A DNA stretch of 64,000 nt from Halorussus marinus. GTDB lineage: Archaea; Halobacteriota; Halobacteria; Halobacteriales; Haladaptataceae. Under the pieces are notes generated by a model, which saw nothing but the letters and a program-made list of their open reading frames with translations, was not told where the DNA came from and made no database searches. Position 1 is the stretch's first letter, and every line of letters begins with the position of its first letter. A program made the position numbers and the translations under genes. Below are positions 1-11,242 of the stretch, piece after piece. The stretch lies in contig NZ_SBIV01000003.1 in the NCBI RefSeq assembly GCF_004765795.1, positions 248,001-312,000 of the forward strand, read 5' to 3'.

Positions 1-47
1 CGCGTCGGTGGTGATCCCGATCAGTCGCTCTGAGACATCCGATAGCA

Positions 48-1154
48 ATGACCGAGATCCAACTGCTGTTGTCCGCCGACGGCAACCGCCGGGCGCTGGC
101 GTCGGTCGTGGACGAACACTACGATCCGATCGTCGACGAGGAGCTCCGGGACGCGGATCTGTATCTCGTCGACGAGCCGTCGTTTCACCGCTACCGCGAC
201 GCGCTGGATCGACGCAGACGCGAGACCAGAACGGTGTTCTGTCCGGTGGTGTTGCTCCGTCGCGACCGGACGCCGGTGACCGTCGACCTCCCCGACCCGG
301 TCGAGTCCGAGTCGCCGCTCCTCGTCAACGAGGTGCTGGACGCGCCGGTCGGGAAACAGACGCTCTTTCGAACGGTCGAGAACCTCCTCGCGAGGCAGGC
401 CCGGAGCGAGCACATCGCGGCGGAACTCGACGCCGCGACCGCCAAACTCCGCGAGCGAAACGACCAGCTCGAAGCCCAGCGCGACGACCTCGGGCTGTTG
501 AACCAGATGTTGCGCCACGACATCCGCAACGACCTACAGCTCGTCACCGCCTACGGCGACCTGCTCGAAGCCCACGTCGACGAGGCGGGGCGCGAACACC
601 TCCGAACGGTCCTCGACAGCGCCGACCACGCGGTCGAGCTCACCGAGACGGCGCGGGAGATGGCCGACGTGATGCTCTCGACCGAGGAGGCCGAACCGGA
701 GCGAATCGCGCTTCGCGGGACGCTCGACCTCGAACTCGAACGAGTCCGCTCGGAGTACCCGGACGCGACCGTCGCCGTCGAGGGGACCGTCCCGGGGGTC
801 ACCGTCGTCGCCGACGACATGCTCGACTCGGTGTTTCGAAACCTGCTCAAAAACGCCATCCAACACAACGACGGGCCGGCCCCGAACGTGACCGTCTCGG
901 TCCGCGAGCGTGCGGGCGAGGTCGCGGTCCGAATCGCGGACGACGGCCCCGGCGTCCCCGACGAGCAGAAAGACGAGATCTTCGGGAGACGGGCGACCGG
1001 TCTGGAGAGCGACGGGACGGGCATCGGGCTCTATCTGGTCCGGACGCTGGTCGAATCGTACGGCGGCGACGTGTGGGTCGAGGACAACGACCCCGAAGGC
1101 GCGGTGTTCGTCGTGACGCTCCCGACGGTCGAGGAGGCTCGGTCTGATGGCTGA
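48..1154 (+). CDS. Sensor histidine kinase with N-terminal receiver-like domain
   Basis: H-box LRHDIRN, N-box NLLKNAIQH, G1 DDGPG, G2 GTGIGL; acidic composition. Confidence 0.92.
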   Translation: MTEIQLLLSADGNRRALASVVDEHYDPIVDEELRDADLYLVDEPSFHRYRDALDRRRRETRTVFCPVVLLRRDRTPVTVDLPDPVESESPLLVNEVLDAPVGKQTLFRTVENLLARQARSEHIAAELDAATAKLRERNDQLEAQRDDLGLLNQMLRHDIRNDLQLVTAYGDLLEAHVDEAGREHLRTVLDSADHAVELTETAREMADVMLSTEEAEPERIALRGTLDLELERVRSEYPDATVAVEGTVPGVTVVADDMLDSVFRNLLKNAIQHNDGPAPNVTVSVRERAGEVAVRIADDGPGVPDEQKDEIFGRRATGLESDGTGIGLYLVRTLVESYGGDVWVEDNDPEGAVFVVTLPTVEEARSDG

Positions 1155-2550
1155 GATCCAACTGCTGGTCGACGGCTCGGGCAACCGCCGCGCCCTTACC
1201 TCGATTCTGGACGACAACCACACTCCGGTCGTCGACGAGGAGTTGCGCGAGGTCGATCTGTATCTCGTCGACGAGCCGTCGTTTCACCGATACAGCGACG
1301 CGCTAGAGCGCCGCAAAAGAGAGCTCGATCCGGTGTTCTGTCCGGTCGTCCTCGTGCGCCGGGACCAGACGCCGGTCACGGTCGACCTCCCGGACGTCGA
1401 GACCGCCGAGCGCCCGCTGGTCGTCGACGACGTCGTGACCGCCCCCGTCGAACCGGCGTCGCTGTTCCGGACCATCTCGAACCTCCTCGCGCGTCGCAAC
1501 CAGACCGCCGAACTCCACGCCGACCTCCGGGCGCAAAACGACGAGCTCCGGCAGTTCAAGAACGCGGTCGAGCACGCCGGTCACGCGATCCTCATCACCG
1601 ATCCCGACGGGGTCATCGAGTACGTCAACCCGGCCTTCGAGCGGATGACCGGCTACGCCGCCGCCGAGGTCATCGGCGAAAACCCCCGGATCCTCAAATC
1701 CGGCGAGCAGGACGAGTCGCTGTACCGGGAGCTGTGGCACACCATCCGGGACGGCGACATCTGGACCGGCGAACTGGTCAACGAGCGCAAATCCGGCGAG
1801 CGGTTCGTGATCAATCAGACGATCGCGCCGATCGCGGACGCCGACGGGGAGATTCAGGCGTTCGTCGGGATTCAAGACGACATCACCGCGCACAAACTGC
1901 GCGAGCAACAGCTCACGGTGTTCCACCGCATACTCAGACACAACCTCCGGAACAAAGGGACGGTCATCAACGGGTACGCCGCCGAACTCGAGGCGTCTCT
2001 CGACGACGACGCGTTCGTCGAACACCTCCGCACCATCCAGGAGAACGTCCAGTTGCTCCTCGAAACGAGCGAGAAGGCCCACCGCATCCAGCGGATCTTC
2101 GGCGACTCGCTCGACGAGGACACCGAGCGCGGGCTGATGGCGGCGCTGGAACAGATCGCCGACGAGGTCGGGGCGCTGTACCCGGACGCCGAGATCGCGA
2201 TCGAGGGCGACCGCACGGAGTCGGTTCGGATCGACGCGCGGGCGATCCCCGCGTTTCGCGAACTCGTCGAGAACGCGGTCAAACACTCAGAGTCGGCGGT
2301 CCCGCGTGCGGCGATCACCGCGAGGACCGAGTCCGCCACGGCGACGGTCACCATCGCGGACAACGGTCCCGGCATCCCCGACCAGGAGCGACGCGTCATC
2401 GAGGCCGAGACCGAAAAGCCCCTCGAACACGGCTCCAGACTCGGGCTGTGGTTCGCCTACTGGGTCATCACGTACGTCGGCGGCGACATCGATCTGGAGA
2501 CCACCGCCGACGGCACGACGGTGTCGGTGACCCTCCCGGTCACGCGGTAG
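1147..2550 (+). CDS. PAS-domain sensor histidine kinase with N-terminal receiver-like domain
   Basis: PAS (ITDPDGVIEYVNPAFERMTGY..GENPRILKSG), H-box LRHNLRN, ELVENAVKH, DNGPG; overlaps upstream kinase by 8 nt. Confidence 0.92.
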   Translation: MAEIQLLVDGSGNRRALTSILDDNHTPVVDEELREVDLYLVDEPSFHRYSDALERRKRELDPVFCPVVLVRRDQTPVTVDLPDVETAERPLVVDDVVTAPVEPASLFRTISNLLARRNQTAELHADLRAQNDELRQFKNAVEHAGHAILITDPDGVIEYVNPAFERMTGYAAAEVIGENPRILKSGEQDESLYRELWHTIRDGDIWTGELVNERKSGERFVINQTIAPIADADGEIQAFVGIQDDITAHKLREQQLTVFHRILRHNLRNKGTVINGYAAELEASLDDDAFVEHLRTIQENVQLLLETSEKAHRIQRIFGDSLDEDTERGLMAALEQIADEVGALYPDAEIAIEGDRTESVRIDARAIPAFRELVENAVKHSESAVPRAAITARTESATATVTIADNGPGIPDQERRVIEAETEKPLEHGSRLGLWFAYWVITYVGGDIDLETTADGTTVSVTLPVTR

Positions 2551-2555
2551 CGCGC

Positions 2556-3695
2556 CTATCGGTTCGGGTGGTCGTCGAGCGCGTCCTCCAACCGCTCTCT
2601 CCGGGACCGAAGCTCGTCGAGTTCGCGCTCGACCGCGCCGCGCTCGATCTTCTCGCGTTCGGCCTCCGAGAGCTGTTCGGCCGCGATCGCCGCGGTCCGC
2701 AGACGTTCGAAGCGGTCGGCGTCCCGGACCGCCGTCTGGACCGCCCGGAGGTCTGCGACCACGCCCTCGGGCGCGAACCGGCCGACGACCGACACCAGCT
2801 CGTCGGTCCGCCACCGGAGGTCGGCCGCCGACCGGGGCGGCCAGTCGAGCCGCAGGGGCGCGGCGTCGAGGCGTTCGAGGTACGTCTCGTTGGTCGCCAC
2901 CGCGCGCTTGAGCGCGGCGGGCGCCTCGACGTAGTGGTCGAGCTTCGAGTTCGAGTACCCCGAGAGCTCCAGTAGCTCCGGGACGGGCTTCTCGCCGGCC
3001 TCGCTGTCGGCGACGTACGCCCGGAGGCGCTCGGGCGGCTCGCGGAACTCGACCAGCGGGTAGTCGCGGGTGACAGCCACGAAATCGAGGACCGCACGGG
3101 CGCTCGCGTTCCGTCGGAACTCGTCGAACGCCTCGGTCACCGCGTCGTTGTACGCCTCGATGGGCTCGCGGATCTCCTCGACCGGCGCGTCGAGGTCGGC
3201 GTCGCCGAGTTCGAGCAGTCGCTCGCGGTCGGCGATCTCCTCGCCCACGCCTTCGAGCGCGTCCCGGACCGCGCGCCGGCGCTCGCGGTAGCGATCGAGC
3301 GCCTCGGCGCGGTCCTCGAGCAGTCCCGCGATCTCGGCGGCGGGTTCGAGGTCCTCGCGGGCGAGTTCGAAGTCCCGCTCGTTGAGTCGGTTCTTGTCGA
3401 AGCGGTCGCCGGCCGCGTCGAAGGCGTCGTAGGCGGGCAGGTCCTCCGAGAGCTCTTCGACGAACGAGCCGAACTCGGCTTTGAACTCCACGAACTTCTG
3501 GAAGTTCTGGCGGCCGGTCCCGGTCGCCTGCTCCTCGTAGCGCGCCAGCAGGCCGGTCGCCCGGTCGTAGGCGTCGGCCACCGACTCGACGGTCGACTCA
3601 CCGTACTCCTCGATCCGGGCGTCGATCTCGCGACGCCGCTCGTCGGCGTCCGCCAGCTCGGCGACCGCCGAGGCCGGCGCGGCGTTCTCACTCAT
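2556..3695 (-). CDS. Conserved haloarchaeal helical/coiled-coil hypothetical protein
   Basis: 379 aa acidic ORF overlapping the hisI stop. Confidence 0.75.
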   Translation of the reverse strand: MSENAAPASAVAELADADERRREIDARIEEYGESTVESVADAYDRATGLLARYEEQATGTGRQNFQKFVEFKAEFGSFVEELSEDLPAYDAFDAAGDRFDKNRLNERDFELAREDLEPAAEIAGLLEDRAEALDRYRERRRAVRDALEGVGEEIADRERLLELGDADLDAPVEEIREPIEAYNDAVTEAFDEFRRNASARAVLDFVAVTRDYPLVEFREPPERLRAYVADSEAGEKPVPELLELSGYSNSKLDHYVEAPAALKRAVATNETYLERLDAAPLRLDWPPRSAADLRWRTDELVSVVGRFAPEGVVADLRAVQTAVRDADRFERLRTAAIAAEQLSEAEREKIERGAVERELDELRSRRERLEDALDDHPNR

Positions 3696-4098
3696 ACGCG
3701 TCGTCGGGGTCGAACGCGCGGTCGGCGACCGTCTCGCCGTCGAGCGTCCGGTAGAAACACGTCTCGTAGCCGGTGTGACACGCCCCGCCCTCCGGGTCGA
3801 CGAGGTACAGCAGGGCGTCGCCGTCGCAGTCGACCCGGACCTCCTCGACGTGCTGGACGTTCCCGCTGGTCGCGCCCTTCTGCCAGAGCTCCTCGCGGCT
3901 CCGCGAGTAGTAGTGGGCGAGGCCGGTCTCGCGGGTCTTCGCGACCGCCTCGTCGGTGACGTACGCGAGCATCAGCACCTCGCCCGTCTCGGCGTCCTGT
4001 GCGACCGCGGGAATCCGTCCGGACTCGCCGAAGTCGAGTTCGACCGCCCGGGCGGCGTCGGGGTCGGCCTCGGCCTCGGTCGTGGGGGCGTCGCTCAT
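3688..4098 (-). CDS. hisI: Phosphoribosyl-AMP cyclohydrolase
   Basis: [36 protein letters not shown]; start re-picked at MSDAPTT. Confidence 0.95.
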   Translation of the reverse strand: MSDAPTTEAEADPDAARAVELDFGESGRIPAVAQDAETGEVLMLAYVTDEAVAKTRETGLAHYYSRSREELWQKGATSGNVQHVEEVRVDCDGDALLYLVDPEGGACHTGYETCFYRTLDGETVADRAFDPDDAYE

Positions 4099-4223
4099 TT
4101 GGTGAGGCTTCGTCTTTCCCGGCGATATGCTTTGTGTGTCGGACACGCCGCGCCGATCGCGGAAAATAGCGACGAGCGGCCGCGCCGCCGATCGGCGCCG
4201 TCCCGCCCGAGCCCGTGCCGGCG

Positions 4224-6188
4224 TTAGGACTCGGGGGCGCCGACCGCGCCCGCCCGCCGGAAGTCGGCCGCCCCGACGTACTCGCCGTCCCGGACTAAGA
4301 TCGCCTGCGCGTTGCCGAGCCCGACCGACTCGTCTTGGATCGCGTGGCCGAGCCCCGACAGCTCCTCGCGGACGCCTTCGGGGACGCCGTCCTCCCAGTA
4401 GAGCTCCGGGTCGTCGTCGGCGTAGATACGTGGCTCGGCGATCGCCTCGGCGAGCCCCATCCCGAACGTCGTCACGTTCTGAATTATCTGGGCGACCGTC
4501 GTGATGATGGTCGTGCCCCCGGGCGAGCCGACGGTCATGAACGGCTCGCCGTCGCGGAACACGATGGTCGGGCTCGTCGAGCTCAGCGGGCGCTTGTTCG
4601 GTCGGACCTCGTTCGGACCGCCCGGCGTGGCGTCGAAGTCGGTCAGCTCGTTGTTGAGCATGAACCCGTAGCCCGGCACCATCATCTTCGTCCCGAAGAA
4701 CTGCTCGATGGTGCTCGTCCACGACACCATGTTGCCCTCGCTGTCGGCGGTCGTGAAGTGGGTCGTCTGGCCGCGATCGGCCGCCAGCGGCGTGGCTCGG
4801 TCGGGTCCGGGCCGGCCGGCGGCCGCCCCCGCTCGCGCCCCGGCGTCGCTCCGGGAGACCGCCAACAGCGCCGCCAGCATGCCGAGCACGGTCTCTGCGC
4901 TCTCGGCGTCGAGGCTCCGGGCCATCTCGGCCGGGTCGGCCACCAGCGGGCTGGTGCGGTAGGGCTCGCCGGGCTGGTAGGCCCACGGGTCGCCCGGCTC
5001 CCACGGCGGTTCGGTCGCCGACGACAGCGAGATCTCGTCGCGGCGCTCGGCGAGGTACTCCTCGTCTAACAGTCCCTGCCACGGCGCGTCGGCGAACAGC
5101 TTGTCGCCCATGTACGCCCCGCGGTCGGCGTACGCCCGGTGGAACGCCTCGGCGAGCGCGTGGTACTTCTCGGTCGATCTGGGGCCGTACTCGCCGAGGT
5201 CGAAGCTCTCGACCAGCTTCAGGACGTGGCCGACCGTCAGCCCCCCGGAGCTGGGCAGTGACATCGTCCGGATCACCACGTCCTCGTACTCGACGTACTC
5301 GGGGTGGTCCATGGTGACGTTGTACGCCGCCAGATCGTTCGTGGTCATGGTCCCGCCGGTGTCTTGCACCGTCTCGGCGATGGCTTCGGCGATCTCGCCC
5401 CGATAGAACGCCTCGACCCCCTCGTCGCGGATCAGCTCGAGCGTGTCCGCGAGGTCGGGCTGGAGCAGCGAGTCGCCCGCCTCCAGGGGCTCGCCGCCGG
5501 GCGCGAACACCGACCGGGCGGCGTCGTTGAAGTTGTCGACCTCCTCGGCGATCACCTCCGCGAGGTACGCGTCGACCGTCGCTTCCCGGAAACCGGGCGA
5601 CGCGAGGTCGATGGCCGGCTGGATCAACCGCTCGAGCGGCCGGGTGCCAAAGCGCTTGAGCGCCACGTCGATTGCCCGCAGGGTCCCCGGGACGCCGACG
5701 GCCTGACCGCTCATGTGGCGCTGGTCGAACGGGATCGGCTCGCCGTCCTCGCCGAGAAACATCTCCGGGTCGGCCCCGGCCGGCGCGCGCTCGCGGTTGT
5801 CCACCGCGTAGGTCACGTCCTCGTCGGCCGAGTACACCAGCATGAACCCGCCGCCGCCGATGCCCGAGCCGTGCGGCTGGACCACGTTGAGCGCAAACTG
5901 GACCGCCACCGCCGCGTCGACCGCATTGCCGCCGTCTTCGAGTACGTTGGTGCCGACCCGGGTCGCCTCCGGGTGGACCGACGACACCATCCCCTCGGCG
6001 CTGGTCGCGGTCGCGACCTCCTCGGCCTGCATCGCGCGCGGTCGGCCGTCGACCGCGCTCGCCCGTGCGGAGGCGGGCACCGCGCTCAGCCCCAGCGCGG
6101 CCGCCGACCCCCGCAAGAAGTCGCGTCGGTTCGTTCGCCCTGTTCGTTCGCGGTCGCGCTCCTCGGAGCGCGTGTCGTGTCCCCCCAT
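4224..6188 (-). CDS. ggt: Gamma-glutamyltransferase with Tat signal
   Basis: NRRDFL Tat motif, [18 protein letters not shown], nucleophile TTHFT, KRPLSS, GSPGG. Confidence 0.95.
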   Translation of the reverse strand: MGGHDTRSEERDRERTGRTNRRDFLRGSAAALGLSAVPASARASAVDGRPRAMQAEEVATATSAEGMVSSVHPEATRVGTNVLEDGGNAVDAAVAVQFALNVVQPHGSGIGGGGFMLVYSADEDVTYAVDNRERAPAGADPEMFLGEDGEPIPFDQRHMSGQAVGVPGTLRAIDVALKRFGTRPLERLIQPAIDLASPGFREATVDAYLAEVIAEEVDNFNDAARSVFAPGGEPLEAGDSLLQPDLADTLELIRDEGVEAFYRGEIAEAIAETVQDTGGTMTTNDLAAYNVTMDHPEYVEYEDVVIRTMSLPSSGGLTVGHVLKLVESFDLGEYGPRSTEKYHALAEAFHRAYADRGAYMGDKLFADAPWQGLLDEEYLAERRDEISLSSATEPPWEPGDPWAYQPGEPYRTSPLVADPAEMARSLDAESAETVLGMLAALLAVSRSDAGARAGAAAGRPGPDRATPLAADRGQTTHFTTADSEGNMVSWTSTIEQFFGTKMMVPGYGFMLNNELTDFDATPGGPNEVRPNKRPLSSTSPTIVFRDGEPFMTVGSPGGTTIITTVAQIIQNVTTFGMGLAEAIAEPRIYADDDPELYWEDGVPEGVREELSGLGHAIQDESVGLGNAQAILVRDGEYVGAADFRRAGAVGAPES

Positions 6189-6272
6189 AGTTACCTCGTC
6201 CCGTGCGAACGCACGGCACGAACCGGCTACTGTTAGTCGCCGCTTAACTCTAGGGGACGGCGAGCTGACCTG

Positions 6273-6896
6273 TCAGTCTATTTCGGCCCGGCCGCTGGTG
6301 GCGCTCCGGATGCGGTCTCTGAGCCCCGCGGCTTCGGCGACCGGAACCGTCACCGCGAACGACACCTCCGCCTCGTAGGTCGCCTCGAACTCGGCGTCCG
6401 CGCTCTCGAGGATCCCCCGGACGGTCCCCGAGTCGTCGTAGGCGACCGTCACCCCGAACTGTTCGCGCGGCCGGCGCTCGGCGATTCCGGCGTCCGCGAG
6501 CGCCTCCTTGACTCCACGGGAGTACGCGCGGGCTAACCCGCCGACCCCGAGGTTGGTCCCGCCGTAGTAGCGGGTCACGACCGCCGCGACGTTCTCGACG
6601 CCCTCCTGCTGGAGCACGTTCAGGGCGGGCTTGCCAGCCGACCCCGAGGGCTCGCCGTCGTCGTCGCCGTACTCCCGGAGGAGGTCGCCGTCCGCCCGAA
6701 CCCGGTAGGCGGGGACGTTGTGGGTCGCGTCGGCGTGCTTCTCGCGGACCTCCGCGACGAACGCCTCGGCCGCCTCGCGGTCGGCGACGGGCCGGACTCG
6801 GCCGACGAACTCCGACCCCCTGATCTCGAAGGCGGCTCGACCCGACCCCGCCGCGGTGCGGAAGGTGTCGGGCGCGCCGGCGCGCTCGTCACCCAT
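6273..6896 (-). CDS. YigZ/IMPACT family protein
   Basis: ATHNVPAY, DDGEPSGSAGKP, VTRYYGGTNLGVGGLARAY. Confidence 0.93.
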   Translation of the reverse strand: MGDERAGAPDTFRTAAGSGRAAFEIRGSEFVGRVRPVADREAAEAFVAEVREKHADATHNVPAYRVRADGDLLREYGDDDGEPSGSAGKPALNVLQQEGVENVAAVVTRYYGGTNLGVGGLARAYSRGVKEALADAGIAERRPREQFGVTVAYDDSGTVRGILESADAEFEATYEAEVSFAVTVPVAEAAGLRDRIRSATSGRAEID

Positions 6897-8082
6897 CGCT
6901 GGACCCCTCCGAAGTCGTCGGGCCGGGGCCGGCGCCCGACTCGTCGGCGTCGCCCGATTCCGCGGCGCCGGGCTCCACGACGCCCGGGTTTGACCCCAGC
7001 GACTCGGCGGCCCGCACCTCTCGGGTGACGGTCTCGCCGTGGATCAGTTCCGGGAGGACGATCCGGGCGAGGTGGACCCCGAGCACGACCAGCATCGGGC
7101 CGAGAAAGAGCCCGTACCAGCCAAAGAGCATGGTGCCGCCGATGTACGCGAACACCATCAGCCCGCCGTGGACGTGCCGGCCGGCGATGTAGGGTCGAAG
7201 CACCGCCACCGGGAGGAGGTCCAACAGCACGAACGCCGCCGCGAAGAACGCGATCGGGAACCACAGCGCGTCCGGCCCCGGCCCGGTTGTCGCCCGGTAC
7301 GCGAGCAGGAGTCCGACCGGCACGTAGACGATCTTGCCGACGACCAGCGGGACCAGCGTCGCCAGTCCGGTCAGCAACGCGAGCAGGGTCGGCACCGGCA
7401 CGCCGACCCCCGACGGCGCGAGGAGGTCGAGGCCGTTGTAGACGCCCAGTCCGAGCGCGGTGACCGCGAAGACGGTCAGGACGTTGCCGACGTACACCTC
7501 GTGGAGGTCCTGATCGACCGCCGCCGCGTAGGCGTGGGCGGCCGACCCTTCGCCGCCGAACATATTCCGGAACCACGCCGCGATGCGGGCGTCCTCCCGG
7601 AGCAGGACGAACGACAACAAAAGCGACAGGAAGAAATGAGACAGCCCGGTGGCGGCGGCCGCCAGCGTCCCCAGCACGGTCGAGAGCAACTGTCCGCCCG
7701 CCGACCCGGCCGACCCCGAGCCCAGCGCGGCCCGGAGGTCCTCGAACAGCGCGGTCGGCTGGTCGGGCGACCACGGCACCAGCCGGGCGAGCGCCCCATC
7801 GGTCCCGATCAGTTGGCTCAGCTCCTGAAATCCGACGGCAACCGCGAATCCGACCAGCCCGAGCACCGGGAGCGCGACCAGCACGACCGTCAGGTCCGCG
7901 GCGACGTCCGAGGAGAGCCGGCGGCGGAGCTGGCGGTCGAGCGGGCGCATCCCGTAGTAGAGAAAGACCCCGAACACCACGGTCCCGACGAACGACCAGA
8001 CGACGAACCCGAGCGCGCCGACCATCGCGAGCGTGAACGTCCACCACGCGAGGCGCTCGCGGTCCTCCGGCACCAGCGTCAT
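6889..8082 (-). CDS. AI-2E (PerM) family transporter
   Basis: Multiple TM segments; GGTMLFGWYGLFLGP C-terminal motif. Confidence 0.88.
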   Translation of the reverse strand: MTLVPEDRERLAWWTFTLAMVGALGFVVWSFVGTVVFGVFLYYGMRPLDRQLRRRLSSDVAADLTVVLVALPVLGLVGFAVAVGFQELSQLIGTDGALARLVPWSPDQPTALFEDLRAALGSGSAGSAGGQLLSTVLGTLAAAATGLSHFFLSLLLSFVLLREDARIAAWFRNMFGGEGSAAHAYAAAVDQDLHEVYVGNVLTVFAVTALGLGVYNGLDLLAPSGVGVPVPTLLALLTGLATLVPLVVGKIVYVPVGLLLAYRATTGPGPDALWFPIAFFAAAFVLLDLLPVAVLRPYIAGRHVHGGLMVFAYIGGTMLFGWYGLFLGPMLVVLGVHLARIVLPELIHGETVTREVRAAESLGSNPGVVEPGAAESGDADESGAGPGPTTSEGSSDG

Positions 8083-8176
8083 GGCCGGCGGTTGGTCGGC
8101 CAGCCCTAAATAGGACGCGCCGCCCGCCCGTCCCGGGGCCCCGGCACCCGGCGCTCGACGGACTCGTCGGTCCGGC

Positions 8177-8680
8177 CTACTCCAGTTCGATCTTCCGCAC
8201 GAACCCGAGGTTCTTGAGTTCGTTGAGCACGTCGCCCGGGATGTCGGCGTCGGTGACGAGGTAGAGCCGCGGGTCGTCGGTGAACTCCGGGTCCTCGCTT
8301 ATGGTCTGGCGGATCGAGATGTCGTGGTCGGCGAGCAGTCCCGTGACGGTCCCGACGATGCCCGACTCGTCGGCGTCGGTCACCTCGACGGTGAGCACCG
8401 TCAGGTCGAGCACGGGCGCCAGATCCATCAGGCTCGGGATCGAGGAGATGTTCTGGAAGATGCGCCGGAGCTGTTCGTCCTCGAGGATGGCGTCGGTCGT
8501 CGAGTCGACGACCCGCCGGTCGACGTCGATCTCGCGGGCGATCTGGGTGTTTGGGATCTCGATGCTCCCCGAGACCACCCGCCCCTCGTCGCTGACCGAG
8601 AAGCCGCGTTCGAGCAGCAGTCGGATAACCGCCTGCTGGGAGGGACTCCCCTCGAACTTCCGCATTATCTCGTCGAACAT
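8177..8680 (-). CDS. Archaeal ACT-domain amino-acid-binding regulator
   Basis: IAREIDVDRRVVD HTH-like segment followed by ACT (GIVGTVTGLLADHDISIRQ, EDPEF). Confidence 0.85.
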   Translation of the reverse strand: MFDEIMRKFEGSPSQQAVIRLLLERGFSVSDEGRVVSGSIEIPNTQIAREIDVDRRVVDSTTDAILEDEQLRRIFQNISSIPSLMDLAPVLDLTVLTVEVTDADESGIVGTVTGLLADHDISIRQTISEDPEFTDDPRLYLVTDADIPGDVLNELKNLGFVRKIELE

Positions 8681-8744
8681 TGATTGGCGGATGATACGCG
8701 GTGACGGCTTTAGTGGTGTTGGGTTCCGCCGGGCGCTCGCATCG

Positions 8745-9332
8745 CTATAGCTGGCCCTTCGTGCTCGCGACGTCGCCGCGCCGGTCGTCGATCCGGGTCG
8801 CGTCGTCGAGCGCCCGTCCGACCCCCTTGAACAGCGCCTCGATCTCGTGGTGGGCGTTCTCGCCCGTCACGCCGAGGTGGAGGGTCAGTCCGGCGTTCAT
8901 CGAGAGCGACCGGAAGAAGTGGCCGGCCATGTGGCTGGTCATCCCGCCGACGCCGGCCTGCGAGAAGTCGCCGTCGAACTCGAACAGCGGCCGGCCGCTC
9001 ACGTCCACGACGACCTCGGCGACCGCCTCGTCGAGGGGCACCTTCCGGTCGGCGAAGCGCACGATCCCGCGCTTGTCGCCCAGCGCCTCCTCGAACGCCG
9101 TTCCGAGCGCGATCGCAACGTCCTCGACGGTGTGGTGGTCGTCGACGTCGAGGTCCCCGTCGCACCGCACCGTGAGATCGAACAGGCCGTGCTTGGCGAA
9201 GCTATCGAGCATGTGGTCGAAGAAGCCGACGCCGGTCTCGACCGTGGCGTCGCCGTCGCCATCCACGTCGAGGATCACCTCGATGTCGGTCTCGGCGGTC
9301 TCGCGGGTCACCGCCGCGGTTCGGTCGCTCAT
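8745..9332 (-). CDS. hisB: Imidazoleglycerol-phosphate dehydratase
   Basis: [33 protein letters not shown]; start [12 protein letters not shown]. Confidence 0.97.
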   Translation of the reverse strand: MSDRTAAVTRETAETDIEVILDVDGDGDATVETGVGFFDHMLDSFAKHGLFDLTVRCDGDLDVDDHHTVEDVAIALGTAFEEALGDKRGIVRFADRKVPLDEAVAEVVVDVSGRPLFEFDGDFSQAGVGGMTSHMAGHFFRSLSMNAGLTLHLGVTGENAHHEIEALFKGVGRALDDATRIDDRRGDVASTKGQL

Positions 9333-9433
9333 GGTCGACAATTCGGGCCGAGACACAAGGCCGTTGCCCTCCGCGTGCGACCCGCGTCGTCGGCGAACCG
9401 CGGACGCGTGGCACCCGGAACGGGGCGCCCGCC

Positions 9434-10156
9434 CTAGATCGAGTTCGCCGCTTCGAGCGTGAACTCCCCCTCGTAGAGCGCTGTCCCGACGACGACGGCG
9501 GCCGCCCCGGCGTCCCGGAGCGCGGCCACGTCGTCGAGGGTCGCGACGCCGCCCGAGGCGACGACCGGGATCTCGACCGCCTCGACCACCGCCCGGACCC
9601 GGTCGGTCTGGACGCCCGCGAGTCGCCCCTCGACGTCCACGTCGGTGAACAGGATCGCGCCCGCGCCCAGATCCTCGTAGCGGGCCGCCGCCTCGGCGGG
9701 GTCGAGCCCCGTTCCCTCGGTCCACCCCGAGACGACGACCTCGCCGTCTTTCGCGTCGAGGCTGACGGTCACCGACCCGGGGTACGCCGCCGAGATCTCC
9801 GCGACGATCTCGGGGTTCTCGACCGCCGCCGTCCCGAGGATGACCCGATCGACCCCGCGGTCGAGTAGGCCGATCGCGTCGTCGGCGGTCCGGATGCCGC
9901 CCCCGAGCTGGACGGAAACGTCGACCGCCTCGCGGATGCGCTCGACCGCGTCGGCGTTCGCGCGCTCGCCGTCGAACGCGCCGTCGAGGTCGACGAGGTG
10001 GAGGGTCTCGGCGCCCCGGTCGACCCACTCGCGGGCGGCCTCGACCGGGTCGCCGTAGGTCTTCTCGGTGCCGCGCTCGCCCTGTACCAACTGGACGACC
10101 TCGCCGTCCTGCATGTCGACGGCCGGGACGACCTCGAACTCGGGGAAGGCTGTCAT
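9434..10156 (-). CDS. hisA: ProFAR isomerase
   Basis: [25 protein letters not shown]. Confidence 0.96.
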   Translation of the reverse strand: MTAFPEFEVVPAVDMQDGEVVQLVQGERGTEKTYGDPVEAAREWVDRGAETLHLVDLDGAFDGERANADAVERIREAVDVSVQLGGGIRTADDAIGLLDRGVDRVILGTAAVENPEIVAEISAAYPGSVTVSLDAKDGEVVVSGWTEGTGLDPAEAAARYEDLGAGAILFTDVDVEGRLAGVQTDRVRAVVEAVEIPVVASGGVATLDDVAALRDAGAAAVVVGTALYEGEFTLEAANSI

Positions 10157-10281
10157 GGCCGGGTGTTGGTCGGACGGCGGTTAAACGCTGACTCTTCGGG
10201 CGAGCGCCGCGTCCGACCGCCCCGGCCCGCCCCGCGGGACACTTCGACGTATTTTTACGCCCAATCGCCCTTCTGTTCCGT

Positions 10282-10683
10282 ATGGCAGACTTTCAGGTCG
10301 TCGTCGCGGACCCCGACTCCGGGACGACATTCCAGCGCGACGTGGACGGACAGGACGCCAACCGGTTCCTCGGCAAATCCATCGGCGAGGACGTCGACGG
10401 CGGCGCGGTCGGCCTCGACGGCTACAGCGTCGAGATCACCGGCGGCTCCGACGAGGCGGGTCGACCGATGCGCGGCGACGTGTCCGGTCCGGACCTGAAG
10501 GAGGTCCTCCTCGACGGCGGCACGGGCTATGCGCCCTCCCGCGACGGCGAGCGCCGGCGCGTGACCGTCCGCGGCGGCGAGGTCAGCGAGTCGGTCGTCC
10601 AGATCAACGCCAAGATCAGCGAGCGCGGCGACACCGCCGTCGAGGAACTCCTCGGCGAGGGCGACGACGAAGACGCCGAGTAA
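10282..10683 (+). CDS. rps6e: 30S ribosomal protein S6e
   Basis: [23 protein letters not shown]. Confidence 0.96.
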   Translation: MADFQVVVADPDSGTTFQRDVDGQDANRFLGKSIGEDVDGGAVGLDGYSVEITGGSDEAGRPMRGDVSGPDLKEVLLDGGTGYAPSRDGERRRVTVRGGEVSESVVQINAKISERGDTAVEELLGEGDDEDAE

Positions 10684-10738
10684 CGCTCGACCGCAGGCGT
10701 TTTCTCCCGACCGACCGTACCCCGCCCCAGCGATCGCT

Positions 10739-11179
10739 ATGGCCGACCGCATCTCCAGCGACCACTCCTCGGTCCCGACCGTCCGGGCGACGCTCGTCCG
10801 GAGCGGTGGGCTCGACCGCCCGAAAGTAGAGATTCCGAACGACGAGGCCGACCGATTTCCGGACGGCGACCTCGTGCGCGTCGTCGCCGGCGACACCGAG
10901 TACCGCGCTCGGATCGAGGCGCCGCTGACCGGCGAGGGCCGGGAGCTCCGCGGGCTGTACGACACCCCCCGGCTCGCGCGCAACCCCGGCGAGGCCGACA
11001 ACCGCCTCGAATCGTGGGTCGCGGACACCGGCGTGGAGTTCGGCCAGTCGGTGCTGGTCGACGTGATCGAGCCCGGGTTCAAGTACGGCCTGCGCGAGCC
11101 GGGAAAGCGGGTGTTCTACGACGCGACCGAGTCGCCCGACGAGGGGCTCTCGGACATCGCCGAGCAGTTAGACGGGTAG
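10739..11179 (+). CDS. Conserved haloarchaeal hypothetical protein
   Basis: Acidic 146 aa ORF directly downstream of rps6e. Confidence 0.75.
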   Translation: MADRISSDHSSVPTVRATLVRSGGLDRPKVEIPNDEADRFPDGDLVRVVAGDTEYRARIEAPLTGEGRELRGLYDTPRLARNPGEADNRLESWVADTGVEFGQSVLVDVIEPGFKYGLREPGKRVFYDATESPDEGLSDIAEQLDG

Positions 11180-11242
11180 GGTCGTTCCGGCGGGCCCGTC
11201 GGCCATCGGACAGATAACGCCCGACGGTGAACGTCGCGTAGA

